Assembly: GCA_948688495.1 (NCBI GenBank)
Contig: CAPQSW010000007.1
Location: 35,084 to 99,083, forward strand
DNA from: an uncultured Lachnospiraceae bacterium
GTDB lineage: Bacteria > Bacillota > Clostridia > Lachnospirales > Lachnospiraceae
Reading direction: 5' to 3'
DNA: 64,000 nt
The notes below the pieces were generated by a model. The model saw only the letters and a program-made list of their open reading frames with translations, had not been told where the DNA came from and did no database searches. Of this stretch, positions 28,547 through 39,700 are shown piece after piece; position 1 is the first letter of the stretch; every line of letters starts with the position of its first letter. The position numbers and the translations under genes were made by a program.

Positions 28547-30673
28547 ATGGCACAGAACAATCAATCACCGGGACAAGATCTGAATCAGTTGTTAAAGGTT
28601 CGTCATGAGAAATTAGAGGATTTGCAGAACAACGGCAAAGACCCGTTTCAAATTACGAAATATGAGGTCACAAAACATAGTCAGGAAATCAAGGATAACT
28701 TTGATACATTGGAGGGCCAGACGGTCAGTGTTGCCGGCAGGATGATGTTCAAACGTGTGATGGGAAAAGCTTCCTTTTGTAATGTGCAGGATTTAGAGGG
28801 CGATATACAGGCGTATGTTGCAAGGGATAGTGTCGGAGAGGATAGTTATAAGGATTTCAAGAAATATGACGTGGGGGATATTCTGGGCATCAAGGGAGAG
28901 GTATTTACCACGAAGACCGGAGAAATATCCATCCATGCAACAAAGGTCACGCTGCTCTCCAAGAGCCTGCAGATTTTGCCGGAAAAATACCACGGTCTCA
29001 CAGATACAGATACGAGATACCGCCAGAGGTATGTGGATTTGATTATGAACAGCGAGGTAAAGGATACCTTTATTAAGCGTTCCAAAATATTAAGCAGTAT
29101 CCGCCGTTTCCTGGACGGTCAGGGATTTATGGAGGTGGAGACGCCGATGCTGGTAAGCAATGCCGGAGGCGCTGCTGCAAGACCTTTTGAGACGCATTTT
29201 AATGCTTTGAATGAAGATTTTAAGCTTCGCATTTCGTTGGAGCTTCCTTTGAAGCGCCTGATTGTAGGGGGGCTGGAGCGCGTGTATGAGATTGGACGTG
29301 TATTCCGTAATGAGGGTCTTGACACGCGGCATAATCCGGAATTTACCTTAATGGAGCTTTATCAGGCATATACGGATTACCACGGCATGATGGATTTGAC
29401 AGAAAATCTGTACCGTTATGTGGCAAAAGAGGTAAACGGCTCTGAAATTATTACCTATGGCGAACATGAGATGGACTTATCCAAGCCTTTTGCACGCATT
29501 ACCATGGTGGATGCTGTGAAAAAGTATGCCAATGTTGATTTTGACGAGATTAAGACGACGGAAGAAGCAAAGAAGCTTGCCGATGAGCATCATATTGAAT
29601 ATGAGGACAGGCATAGGAAGGGCGACATTCTGAATCTGTTTTTTGAGGAGTATGTGGAGGAACATTTGATCCAGCCCACATTTGTGATGGACCATCCAAT
29701 TGAGATTTCTCCGCTGACGAAGAAAAAGCCGGACAACCCGGATTATGTGGAACGGTTTGAGTTCTTTATGAATGGATGGGAGATGGCGAATGCCTATTCG
29801 GAACTGAATGACCCGATTGACCAGCGCGAGCGTTTTAAGGCGCAGGAGGAGCAGTTTGCCGCCGGTGATGCCGAGGCGAACCATACGGATGAGGATTTCC
29901 TGAATGCACTCAGCATTGGTATGCCGCCAACGGGTGGAATTGGTTACGGTATTGACCGTTTGGTGATGATGATGACAAATTCACCTGCGATTCGCGATGT
30001 TTTGATCTTCCCGACAATGAAAAGTCTGGAAAAGAAGCCGTCCGGCAATGTTAAGGCAGACAAAAAAGAATCTAATGCTCCGGCAAAACAGAGCAGTATT
30101 TCCAGAGAACAGGCGTTGGAGCTGCTTATGAAATATAACAAGGAGCCGTTCCACATTCAGCACGGTTTGACGGTGGAAGGCGTGATGCGTTGGTTTGCGA
30201 AGGAGCTTGGGTACGCACAGGAAGAAGAATTTTGGGGAATTACCGGACTGCTTCATGATATAGATTTTGAGCTCTATCCCGAGGAACATTGCAAGAAAGC
30301 TCCTGAGCTTTTGCGTGAGGCAGGAGTGAACGAGGAGATGATCTACGCAATCTGCTCTCACGGTTACGGAATCTGCAGTGAGGAGGAACCGAAGCTTGAG
30401 ATGGAGAAAGTGCTTTTTGCAGCGGACGAGCTGACCGGATTGATCTGGTCCTGTGCGTTGATGCGTCCGTCAAAGAGCACGATGGATTTGGAGGTTAAGA
30501 GCCTCAAGAAGAAGTTTAAGGATAAGAGGTTTGCTGCCGGCTGCTCGAGAGATGTTATTTCCCAGGGCGCAGAGCGGCTTGGCTGGGAGCTGGATGATTT
30601 GTTTGACAAGACGATCCAGGCAATGCGAAGCTGTGAGACGGCTGTGGCAGAGGAGATGGAGAAGCTCTCCTAG
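28547..30673 (+). CDS. lysS: Class II lysine-tRNA ligase fused to a C-terminal HD-superfamily hydrolase domain
   Basis: 'YRQRYVDL', '[13 protein letters not shown]', '[15 protein letters not shown]...IFPTMK', then linker and H...HD...H...H...D domain with no stop. Confidence 0.95.
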   Translation: MAQNNQSPGQDLNQLLKVRHEKLEDLQNNGKDPFQITKYEVTKHSQEIKDNFDTLEGQTVSVAGRMMFKRVMGKASFCNVQDLEGDIQAYVARDSVGEDSYKDFKKYDVGDILGIKGEVFTTKTGEISIHATKVTLLSKSLQILPEKYHGLTDTDTRYRQRYVDLIMNSEVKDTFIKRSKILSSIRRFLDGQGFMEVETPMLVSNAGGAAARPFETHFNALNEDFKLRISLELPLKRLIVGGLERVYEIGRVFRNEGLDTRHNPEFTLMELYQAYTDYHGMMDLTENLYRYVAKEVNGSEIITYGEHEMDLSKPFARITMVDAVKKYANVDFDEIKTTEEAKKLADEHHIEYEDRHRKGDILNLFFEEYVEEHLIQPTFVMDHPIEISPLTKKKPDNPDYVERFEFFMNGWEMANAYSELNDPIDQRERFKAQEEQFAAGDAEANHTDEDFLNALSIGMPPTGGIGYGIDRLVMMMTNSPAIRDVLIFPTMKSLEKKPSGNVKADKKESNAPAKQSSISREQALELLMKYNKEPFHIQHGLTVEGVMRWFAKELGYAQEEEFWGITGLLHDIDFELYPEEHCKKAPELLREAGVNEEMIYAICSHGYGICSEEEPKLEMEKVLFAADELTGLIWSCALMRPSKSTMDLEVKSLKKKFKDKRFAAGCSRDVISQGAERLGWELDDLFDKTIQAMRSCETAVAEEMEKLS

Positions 30674-30702
30674 TGGATAAAAATAACAGGGTTTTAATGA
30701 AG

Positions 30703-30735
30703 AAGGCTGAACGGCGATATGCTGTTTGGCCTTTT
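30703..30735 (+). terminator. Intrinsic terminator after lysS
   Basis: AAGGCTGAACGGC-GATAT-GCTGTTTGGCCTT-TT. Confidence 0.75.
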
Positions 30736-30871
30736 AGAAAGGTATCAGCACGCGCCGTTCCTCGTCTCCTGTCAAGTCGTCGGAATTTATATAGTTGCTG
30801 ATTTTGAAGATTCGTGATAACATAAACATAGCAGTTATGGAACGTGAAGTGAAGGAATATCTGAAAGATGG

Positions 30872-33223
30872 GTGGCGTTTATGAGACAAATGAAAAAGGT
30901 GCTGATGTTATTGCTGTGTATGGGGATTATCCTACAGGTCCAAGGCGCAGTATCAGCAGAAGCGGCAGCGTTTAAATGGGATATTTCCAATATAAAGCTG
31001 GAACATAAGAAGATATCTTTTACCATCAACCAGGTCGATAAAGCGCAGAATGCGACGGTTGTTGTATTAAACTCCCAAAAGGAAGAAATCTTATCGCAGA
31101 GTTATTCTATTTCAAACCAGAAAGAGGATGTTGTGATTGAGCTGGAAGGGGAAAAAGGCCTTTTGGCGGATTCTGAAAATGGGGATTCCCAAACGGAATA
31201 CTATTTGTATCTAAAAGACGAAGATGGGAATGCCGCCACAGATACATGCCAGGCGTATTTACAGCATCATAATTTTGGCTGGGGTCAATTGCGGGCAACA
31301 GCTTATCCTAATTGGATGGAAATTACAGAATTTAAACTTGATGGCGCTCAGCCTCATTTTTCTGCGGTTGTAGGTTTTCAGGAGTATGAGGGAGTACAGA
31401 ATGAAGACGGCGTTATCATTATTGATTATCCGGATCAGGAAGATGGGACTTATGTCCAGCTAAAATGGCGGGATGACTATGGCTGTTCTGGCACAGAGGA
31501 TTATCGGGTAAAAAGCGAGGAGACAATCATCAGCATTCCAGATATAGAAGTCTGGCGGGACAGCATAACAACGGATTATTATATTCTGGATGATGACCAG
31601 AGGCTTGCAGTAAAAATAGGAGATAACATATATTATGGCAGTTATGGTGCGGGGGAAGATGGAAAAGTGATAGTTTATCCCCAGATATCCAGGGATATTT
31701 CTTCCGTCACAATCTGGTCTGAGTTTAAAAATGGGAGAAAGACCCAGGAAATGACGCGTGAGATAAGAGACTGTGATTTTTCAGAGTACATAGGTTATAT
31801 TACGGCACGTCCGAAAAAAGCTTTTGGAACGGTTAAGACGAATGCGTATGGGCAGTCGCCGGTTTCTGTATCTGTTATGATAGACGGGCGTCAGTACCGG
31901 GCGGATATCAAGAACGGAACGTATACCATAGATTATCCGATTCAGAGAGACGGAAGGCTGCTGGAGTTTATATTTACGGACAGGCATGGATGCATGTATT
32001 CCGATCAGGAGAATGTAGAAAATGAACTAAGCTATTTCGAAATAGAGCCAGAGGAAGATATTCAATGCGAAAAAATATTAAAGAAATCTACCAGGGCCCA
32101 AATGCCGGAGAAAGGGATGCGGCTGTGTGTCCAAATTGGGAATAACGTATATTACAGCAAATATTCCAGTAAGGATTTTGAATGGGTGAGGGCCAATTAT
32201 CCGCAACAGAAAGTCGGGACCAAAGTTACCATTTGGTTTGAAGACAGGGAGAGCTCTTATACAAAGAAGATGAAAGAGACAATCTATGATAAAATAATGT
32301 TCTATACGGCGAAGGCAAGCCCAACGCAGCTTACCGGTAAATATACAGGGGAAGGCAAGCCAAGGATTGCAGCCGTAGTATCCGGCAAAGAGTACGAATG
32401 TAAGATGGTGAAGAAGTGGGATGATGAGCTTGAGTATTATTATAAATTTTCCGTATCTTATCCCAAGCAGAAGGTCAATTCTTACGTTAAAATTAAGATA
32501 GCAGATGATGACGGATATGGTAATACCGGGAAAGTCAAAATAAAAAATATCCCTCCTAAGATAACCATATCAAGCATCACTTCGGGGAGCGTGAAAATTA
32601 CTGGTAAGACGACTGCCGGGTCAAAGGTCACGGCCAAAATTAATGGAAAAAAATACAAAGGAAAGGCAAATAAATCTGGAAAGTATACCATCAGGATAAA
32701 GCAGGCAAAAGTGGGAACTAAGGTTAAAGTGTCGGTTGTGACACCGGAAGGATATACTGGCTCTAAGACTGCAAAAGTAAAGCTTGCGTCCGGTTATGTG
32801 AAGATTCCAGATTACATATTTAAGACCAGCAGCCAGATTACCCTTAAAGTCCAAAAGGGTCAGAAAGGCGATAAGGTTAGAGTAAATGTAGGCGGTGCAA
32901 TCTATACGAAGACCATAAAGAACACAAAGAAAAGCCAGAATGTGACGGTCAATATCAATCCAGCTGGCGCGGGAACCAGTATCACAGCCGAGCTGACGGA
33001 CAAATTTGGAAAAGTAAAACATACATATAACGATATGGTTTATTTTGGGGACACGATCTATATTGGAATGACTGAGGAGGAGGCGTGCCTTACTACATGG
33101 GGAACTCCGCAGAGGAACAATTGGGGAGGAATAATCCAATGGGTATACCGGAGTGGTTCCACCACGCTCTATGTATATATTGTGGATGGCAGGGTTTCGG
33201 ATATTCAGCAGTTGAATTATTAG
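30872..33223 (+). CDS. Secreted protein with tandem degenerate Ig-like repeats and a small SmpA/BamE-like C-terminal domain
   Basis: Signal peptide; recurring 'YP.Q..GT.V.I...D..G' units; terminal 'IGMTEEE...WGTP...QWVY...YIVDGRV'. Confidence 0.7.
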   Translation: MAFMRQMKKVLMLLLCMGIILQVQGAVSAEAAAFKWDISNIKLEHKKISFTINQVDKAQNATVVVLNSQKEEILSQSYSISNQKEDVVIELEGEKGLLADSENGDSQTEYYLYLKDEDGNAATDTCQAYLQHHNFGWGQLRATAYPNWMEITEFKLDGAQPHFSAVVGFQEYEGVQNEDGVIIIDYPDQEDGTYVQLKWRDDYGCSGTEDYRVKSEETIISIPDIEVWRDSITTDYYILDDDQRLAVKIGDNIYYGSYGAGEDGKVIVYPQISRDISSVTIWSEFKNGRKTQEMTREIRDCDFSEYIGYITARPKKAFGTVKTNAYGQSPVSVSVMIDGRQYRADIKNGTYTIDYPIQRDGRLLEFIFTDRHGCMYSDQENVENELSYFEIEPEEDIQCEKILKKSTRAQMPEKGMRLCVQIGNNVYYSKYSSKDFEWVRANYPQQKVGTKVTIWFEDRESSYTKKMKETIYDKIMFYTAKASPTQLTGKYTGEGKPRIAAVVSGKEYECKMVKKWDDELEYYYKFSVSYPKQKVNSYVKIKIADDDGYGNTGKVKIKNIPPKITISSITSGSVKITGKTTAGSKVTAKINGKKYKGKANKSGKYTIRIKQAKVGTKVKVSVVTPEGYTGSKTAKVKLASGYVKIPDYIFKTSSQITLKVQKGQKGDKVRVNVGGAIYTKTIKNTKKSQNVTVNINPAGAGTSITAELTDKFGKVKHTYNDMVYFGDTIYIGMTEEEACLTTWGTPQRNNWGGIIQWVYRSGSTTLYVYIVDGRVSDIQQLNY

Positions 33224-33228
33224 GTATA

Positions 33229-33330
33229 GTGGCGGTGGATAACGGTATACGGACGATAGCATTTCCGTCTATCTCGACGGGAGTGTACGGCTATGCGGTA
33301 GATGAGGCTGCGCTTTTGGCTTTTAGTAAA
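33229..33330 (+). pseudogene. Remnant of a macrodomain (ADP-ribose-binding/YmdB-like) gene
   Basis: Translates to VAVDNGIRTIAFPSISTGVYGYAVDEAALLA; no start and no N-terminal part. Confidence 0.75.
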
Positions 33331-33484
33331 CTTTTTGGCGTAAAATTTTTTTTTCATAATAAAAATTTGCTTTTTAAAACAGGAATATAAAGTTATTGTT
33401 GAGGATCAGGATTGAGGTATTTTGAAAAATCCTGGTTCTCTTTTGTTTTGTATACTATATTAGTTTGAATATAGGAATCAGAAT

Positions 33485-33539
33485 TTTTGGTAAATATTTA
33501 CTAAAAGATATTGAAAAAAATACTAAAATAAAGTAAAAT
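33485..33539 (+). promoter_or_regulatory. Near-palindromic operator plus SigA promoter
   Basis: TTTTGGTAAATATTTACTAAAA, then TTGAAA-N17-TAAAAT. Confidence 0.55.
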
Positions 33540-33722
33540 GTGATATAACAAAATGATTTATGAATTATCCAAAAGGAAATGACTGGAAGGGATATTCATA
33601 GCATGTGCTCAGAAAGGAGGAAAGTGTGAACGGGCAGGAAAGATGAGTAACAGCAGAAATGGCGGTTGACGCGGACGTGGAGCGGTGCGCGCCGCTACCT
33701 ATTTTAAGAAGGAGAGAGGAAA

Positions 33723-36700
33723 ATGAAGAAAGGAAAAAGACTATTAGCAGGTTTGCTGACAGCGGTAATGGTATTTACCAGTACCGGATTCAAAGATATG
33801 TCTTTTGTTAAGGCAGCAACGGCCGACTTCTCACAAGAAATCAAGGTATCAGGTACTCTTGGCGGTTCAGGTGACCAGGGTACAGATGATGCGCAAACAA
33901 TAGTTGCAGCATATTATGACGGTGACCAGCCGCCAGAGAATGGTAGTGCAACATCAGCAGCTTATGTTGCATGGACGACGTGTCGTGGAAATGTGGATAA
34001 GGCAGATTCAGCCCGTATAGGATGCCTGCAGTTTGAGCTTCCTGAAAATTTAATCAAAGATAATATTCAGACCGCGACAGTGACGTTAAATGTGGTATCA
34101 ATGCAAAAAGCTGAATGTACAAGTACCAGTAATTCGGGTACAAATAATTTTACAAAATTAGCACTTTATCAGACCGATAACAGCGGGGAAGTAAATCCGG
34201 CTGATGATGCGACATATTATGCAAAAAATAATGATTATAAACTGGCAGCCGCATCATGGGGAGACAAAAAATTAATATCAAGTGCAACGGTAGCTATTCC
34301 GAACGATACAATTATAAGCGGAAAGGTTACATTTGATGTGAAAGAAGCATTAAAGAATGCCTGTGATGCAGAGTCAGGGATTATGACGCTTCGTGTTATG
34401 GCCCCTAAGGGTATGGTATATATTTCGAATGAGCAGTCTCAGGGAAATGAGCCGGAGTTAACGATTGATGCATCAAAGGCGAATGTCAGCATAGCATATG
34501 TTGACGAAAGTAACGCTAAGATTAGAGACGATAAAGTCTTACCTGAACAACAGACAATAGGTCAGAGTTATACATATATAGTACCAGAAGACGAAAAAGT
34601 TATTAAGACGGAAACGGGTGTATATGGGTATGACGAGGGTAGCCAAACCAGCATAACAGTTGCGGATACGGGAAATGTGGTTACATTGAAATATACGAAA
34701 GCAAGTCCGGTTTCTGTTAGCAGTCCTTCAACAATTTATGTCATTGAAGGAAATGCGCCTGTCCTTCCAAAACAGCTGCCTGCAGATACACAAATACAGG
34801 GAATTACTGCTCCTGTAGATGTGGTCTGGGAAAATGTTTCCGAATGGAAGGTTGGAGATAATACAGTAAAAGGAACCGTAAAGGAGCTTGCTGATGCTCA
34901 GGTAACGGCAAAGGTTCATGTGTATGAATGTGACCAGGATTATTTAATTCCAAATACTGCCAACGGTGTTTATACAGCGGATGGAGATGCAAATTATAAT
35001 AATTCTTCTCCTGGTGTCATGTATCAGTTTGGTAAGAAATATAAAGGCAGGATTATTACAGAATTTGATCTTAAGACAACAAGAAAAACAAATGATAATG
35101 ATAAAGCGATCATTTACCTTGATTCACAACAGGAGACTGGCGCAGCATGGGGAACATCCACTGCAAGAATGTATTTCCAGGGAAGTGTATTTGGAACAAC
35201 AAGCGGTGAAGATAGTTCGGAAGCATATAAAACAAATGCTACCATTAATTCAAAAGTGCCTCATGATGCAGCGCAGATATATCGTGTGCGTATGGAGATA
35301 GATTCATCAAATAAACCAAGTAATTTTAAGGTATTTATTACGGATGAAAAAGGTGTTGAAACGGAAATCAGCCAGACGGGAGGAAACAGATTTCGTTATT
35401 ACAGCACAGGCGAAATTCAGGCGCTTTTCCTGGGACGTTATGGTTTTGAGGTCACCAACCACAAAATCTCCTGGCAGTCCGGTTATACCACAGCACAGAT
35501 TGATTATCTGAAACCGGACGGCACAAAACTGGCAGATTCTACTACATCTAAGGAAATGCCGGGGTCTTCTAAGACTATCGATACGGCAATGTTTACTCCA
35601 AAGAGTGAAGGAAGCGCCACCTATCTGTTTGACGCCGACAATTCGGGCTGGGATGTAGATGGTGATGGAACAATTGACGGCGGCGACACGCCTAATACAG
35701 CAACTATGCCGGCAGCAGAAGGGAAAGCCATATACAGGGCGGTCTATAAACAGGCGGCATTTGTTGATGTGGCAGAGGCAATTGAGACGGAGACATTGAC
35801 AGGCAAACAGCCGATTCTCCCGCTGACGGTGAAAGCAAACTATGAAGGTGTGGCGGATCCGATACCTACTGAGGTTGCCTGGGATTATGATAAATTTGAT
35901 TTTACCACAGAGACGCCGGATGCGGCGCCTCTGGAAGTGACGGGAACACTTGTGAATGGCGAGAAAGTAACGGCAAAGGTACATGTAAAACATGCATATC
36001 TTCTGGCAAGCTATACATTTGATGGGGAAAATCCTGCGGCAGACAGCACAGGCAGACATGCGGACGCAGACCTCCACGGTGTAACAACCGCTGATATTGC
36101 CGGAGTTGACAGTGGCAGCAATGGTGTAAAATTAACAGGCGGAAGTAACGGAACCTCTTATGTGAAGCTGCCGGATGACTTGCTGCAGCTCACAAAAGCA
36201 GACGGCGCCAAAGAGACGCAGGATGACTTTACGCTTTCTATGTTTATAAACCGTGAGAGCCAGGGGAACTCTTTTGCTATGATTCTGCATGCGACAGAAC
36301 TGAACAAACCTTATAGCCAGGGAGGTCCGAAAGGTCATCTTGGCCTCATTAACAAAGACACTCTGATGGATATGGAATACAGAATCGGAGGTACGACGAA
36401 GGCAAACCTGACAGCAAAGGATGAAAATGGCAATAATATCATTACCCCGGTTGGCCAGTGGACGCATGTCGCAGTCGTGACAAATGGCACGAACAATACG
36501 GCAAAGCTGTATCTGGATGGCGTTCTTGTAGGGACGGTCACAGGCATATGCAAACCCTCCCAGCTTACGGCGCAGAATAACTGCCTGGGACGTGCTTCCT
36601 GGGACAATCAGGATTACAAAGCGACCTTTGATGATTTCCAGGTATACAATGGCATATTGACCGAGAAAGAAATTCAGGATATTGCCAACACAAGGCTTTG

Positions 36701-39700
36701 CAACGCACCGGTACAGGATGTTTATAATAATCTTGCGTTAAGCCTTAAGGGTGAGGGAACCTTTGATAAAGATGCAGTTGTGGGCGACTTAAGTCTGCCC
36801 AAGACCATGAAGACCAGTGATGGCAAGACCGTGGAGGGACTTAAAATTACATGGGAGTCCAATCATTCGGCAGTCCGGACGGATGGTACGGTGATCCAGC
36901 CGTCTAAGGGCAGACCGGCGGCTGAGGTTACGCTTAAAGCAACGATCCAGTATGGTTCCAGTAAGAAGACAAAAACATTTGATATTAAGGTGCTGCCGGG
37001 AGAAAATGTATCCTTTGTGGAATTTGACGAGGCATTTGAGGAAGCAAAAAGCAAATACGTTGAAGTAATGGCAAATAAGGCTGTTTACGTGCAGTCTACC
37101 ATAGATGTACTCGGGACAAAGCTTGAAGAAGCAAAGGCTGTGAAAGACAAAGAGAATACGAATGCGGCGGATGCAGACGAAGTGGACGCCATGACTGCAC
37201 AGCTTAAAGCAGCGATGGAAGGCGTGAAGGCAAAGAGCCTTGCGGAAATTGGCAGGACACTGCTCGCCTGGTATTCTCTGGATAGCAGTGAGGAAAAAGT
37301 GAAAGATAAATCCAAGAATGGAAAAGATGGAACGGCTGCTGCTACGGTCACTTTTGACCGGGATAACGGAGCAACATTTAACGGAGGGGCCGCACTTGCA
37401 AACTGTATTACCCTTCCCAACGATATAGAGGTTGGTGAGAAAATGACTTTTGCATTCTGGGCAAAAGATTCAAGGGGTGCAAAGTCTAATGCATTTGGAA
37501 TTGGCTCAGGAAATGAATTTAGCGGTGGGGCAGAGAACAAGAAAGCGGCACATTTCTTCTATGTCAACACCAATGACGGTAATACTTTGGTTGCAAGCAT
37601 GAACCCATCATACTGGAGTGGTGCAGTGAATATTTCAACACCCGCTGCAGCAAAGGACACCTGGCATCATATCGTCTGTGTGCTGGATGGCACGAAGCTG
37701 ACTCTCTACATGAATGGACGTAAGATTGAGACGAAGGATGTAGGGCATACCGTGAAGGAAATGTGGGATTCAGACCCGGATACGCGCTGCATTTATATCG
37801 GTAACTGCATGTATGGCAAAAATCCTAGCAATGATGGAAAAGATAAAGACCCGGATTACAAGGGAAGCATCAGGGATTTCCGCATTTACAATGCACCGCT
37901 TGCACAGGAGCAGGTAGCAGAGATTTATGAATACCTCAAAGTTCCACAGATGCGGTATGCAAAAGACGATTTGATTGCAGCAATGACAGGTGCAAGGCTT
38001 GAGGACGATGGAACGGTTACCCTGAATGTAACCAATCTGACAACCACAGATGGGAAACTCAATCTGCTCGATACCAGTTATGGCGCAGATGTTACCTGGA
38101 AATCCTCAGATAATGATGTCGTCAATGCGACTACCGGAGTGGCGGCAATTCCGCCAGAAGGCGATCTGGAAACAGAAAAAACAGCCAATTTGACAGCAAC
38201 CATTACGATTGGCGAGGGGGAAAGCCAGATAACAGAAACGATTGTCTTTAAGTGCAAGGTATTCTATGCGCTTGATATTTCGACCGATGATCTGGCACAG
38301 GCAATCCAGGCAATCAAAGATGAAGCGCTCGATCCGGATGACTATACGCAGGAAAGCTGGGCAGCGTTACAGTATGCCATTAGTGAAGCTCAGAAACAGG
38401 TAGACAGACCGACCAGCACATGGGATGTGGAGGACGCACAGAGTGCTTTGCAGGAAGCAAGAAGCGGATTGGTAGATATATCAGTATTGCGTGAGAAGTT
38501 GGGAGCGATTAAAAGCGAGTTGATGGATTTAGATGAGAATGATTATACCGAAACAAGCTGGAATGCCTTACAGGATAAGGTAACAGCAGCCAATACGGTG
38601 CTGACAAGACCAGATGCAACCCAGGGTGAGGTTGAATCGGCAATCGAAAGTCTGCCGGATGATACGTCTATGCTGGTAGCATGTGGCGATACCGAAGCTT
38701 TGGATGAGGCAATAAAGAAAGCAGATGCCTTGAAAGCATACAGCGAAGCATATACAGAGGCAACATGGGAAGTGTTTGAGGCAGCTCTGGAGAAAGCGAA
38801 AGAAGAACGGGCTAAGAGAATCGAAGATTATTCAGAGGCTTTGGAGGAATTGAACACAGCCATTCATGGTCTTGAGATTAAGGAGGACCACAAGCTTGAA
38901 GGAGAAGTAAAAGCAAAGCTTGAAGGTGAACTGGCAGCAGCCAAGGCAGAAGCCCTGACAGAAAGTAATTATACGAAAGAGACCTGGGATACATACCAGG
39001 AGGCTCTGGAAGCATTTGAGGCTGTGCTCGGCAAAGAAAAGGTAACCAGGGACGAGGCAGAGGCGGCGTCGGAGGCATTGACAGAGGCAAGGGCAGCCCT
39101 TGAGCCAGTCGAAGACCAGATACCGAACGCAGAAAAGAAAAGGGAATTGACAGATGCCTATGATGCAGCAGTTAGGGCAGCAGAAGGTATGAATCCAGGA
39201 GTTTATACCCAGGAGAGCTGGCAGAGGTTTGAAAGTGCGCTGCAAGCAATGAAGAAGATTGCAGACCGTCTTGCGCAGGAAAAGAATAATGTAACTAAGG
39301 CTGAAATTGATGCGGCAATTACGGAACTGAAGGCAGCAGAAGAAGCGCTTAAACAGAGTGTAGATAAGACCGCTTTGGATAAGGCCATCAAGGATTGTGG
39401 AAGCCTGAAGGCTGCAGACTATACAGCAGCTACCTGGAATGCATTCAAGAAAGCATTGGATGATGCAAAGGCAGTTTTTGCAAAAGCAAATGCGACACAG
39501 GCGGAAGTAAATGCAGCGCTGACAACGCTAAACGCAAAGAAGCAGGCGCTCAAAAAGCCGATAAAGGTTGGTAAAATAAAGATTACCGCTGACTATACCA
39601 AGGTTGCAGCAGGAAAGAAGGCGACCTTGAAGGCGAATATTACACCATCTGACGCCGCTAACAAGGCTGTGGCCTGGAGCATTGACAAGACTGCCAAGAG

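Noticed and set aside
33085..33390. 101-aa ORF as a real gene
   Set aside because: First half overlaps the upstream CDS out of frame; only a macrodomain fragment is meaningful
35652..35687. DVDGDGTIDGGD as a dockerin (cellulosome-like system)
   Set aside because: A single Ca-binding-type loop without the second repeat or helices; no cohesin recognised
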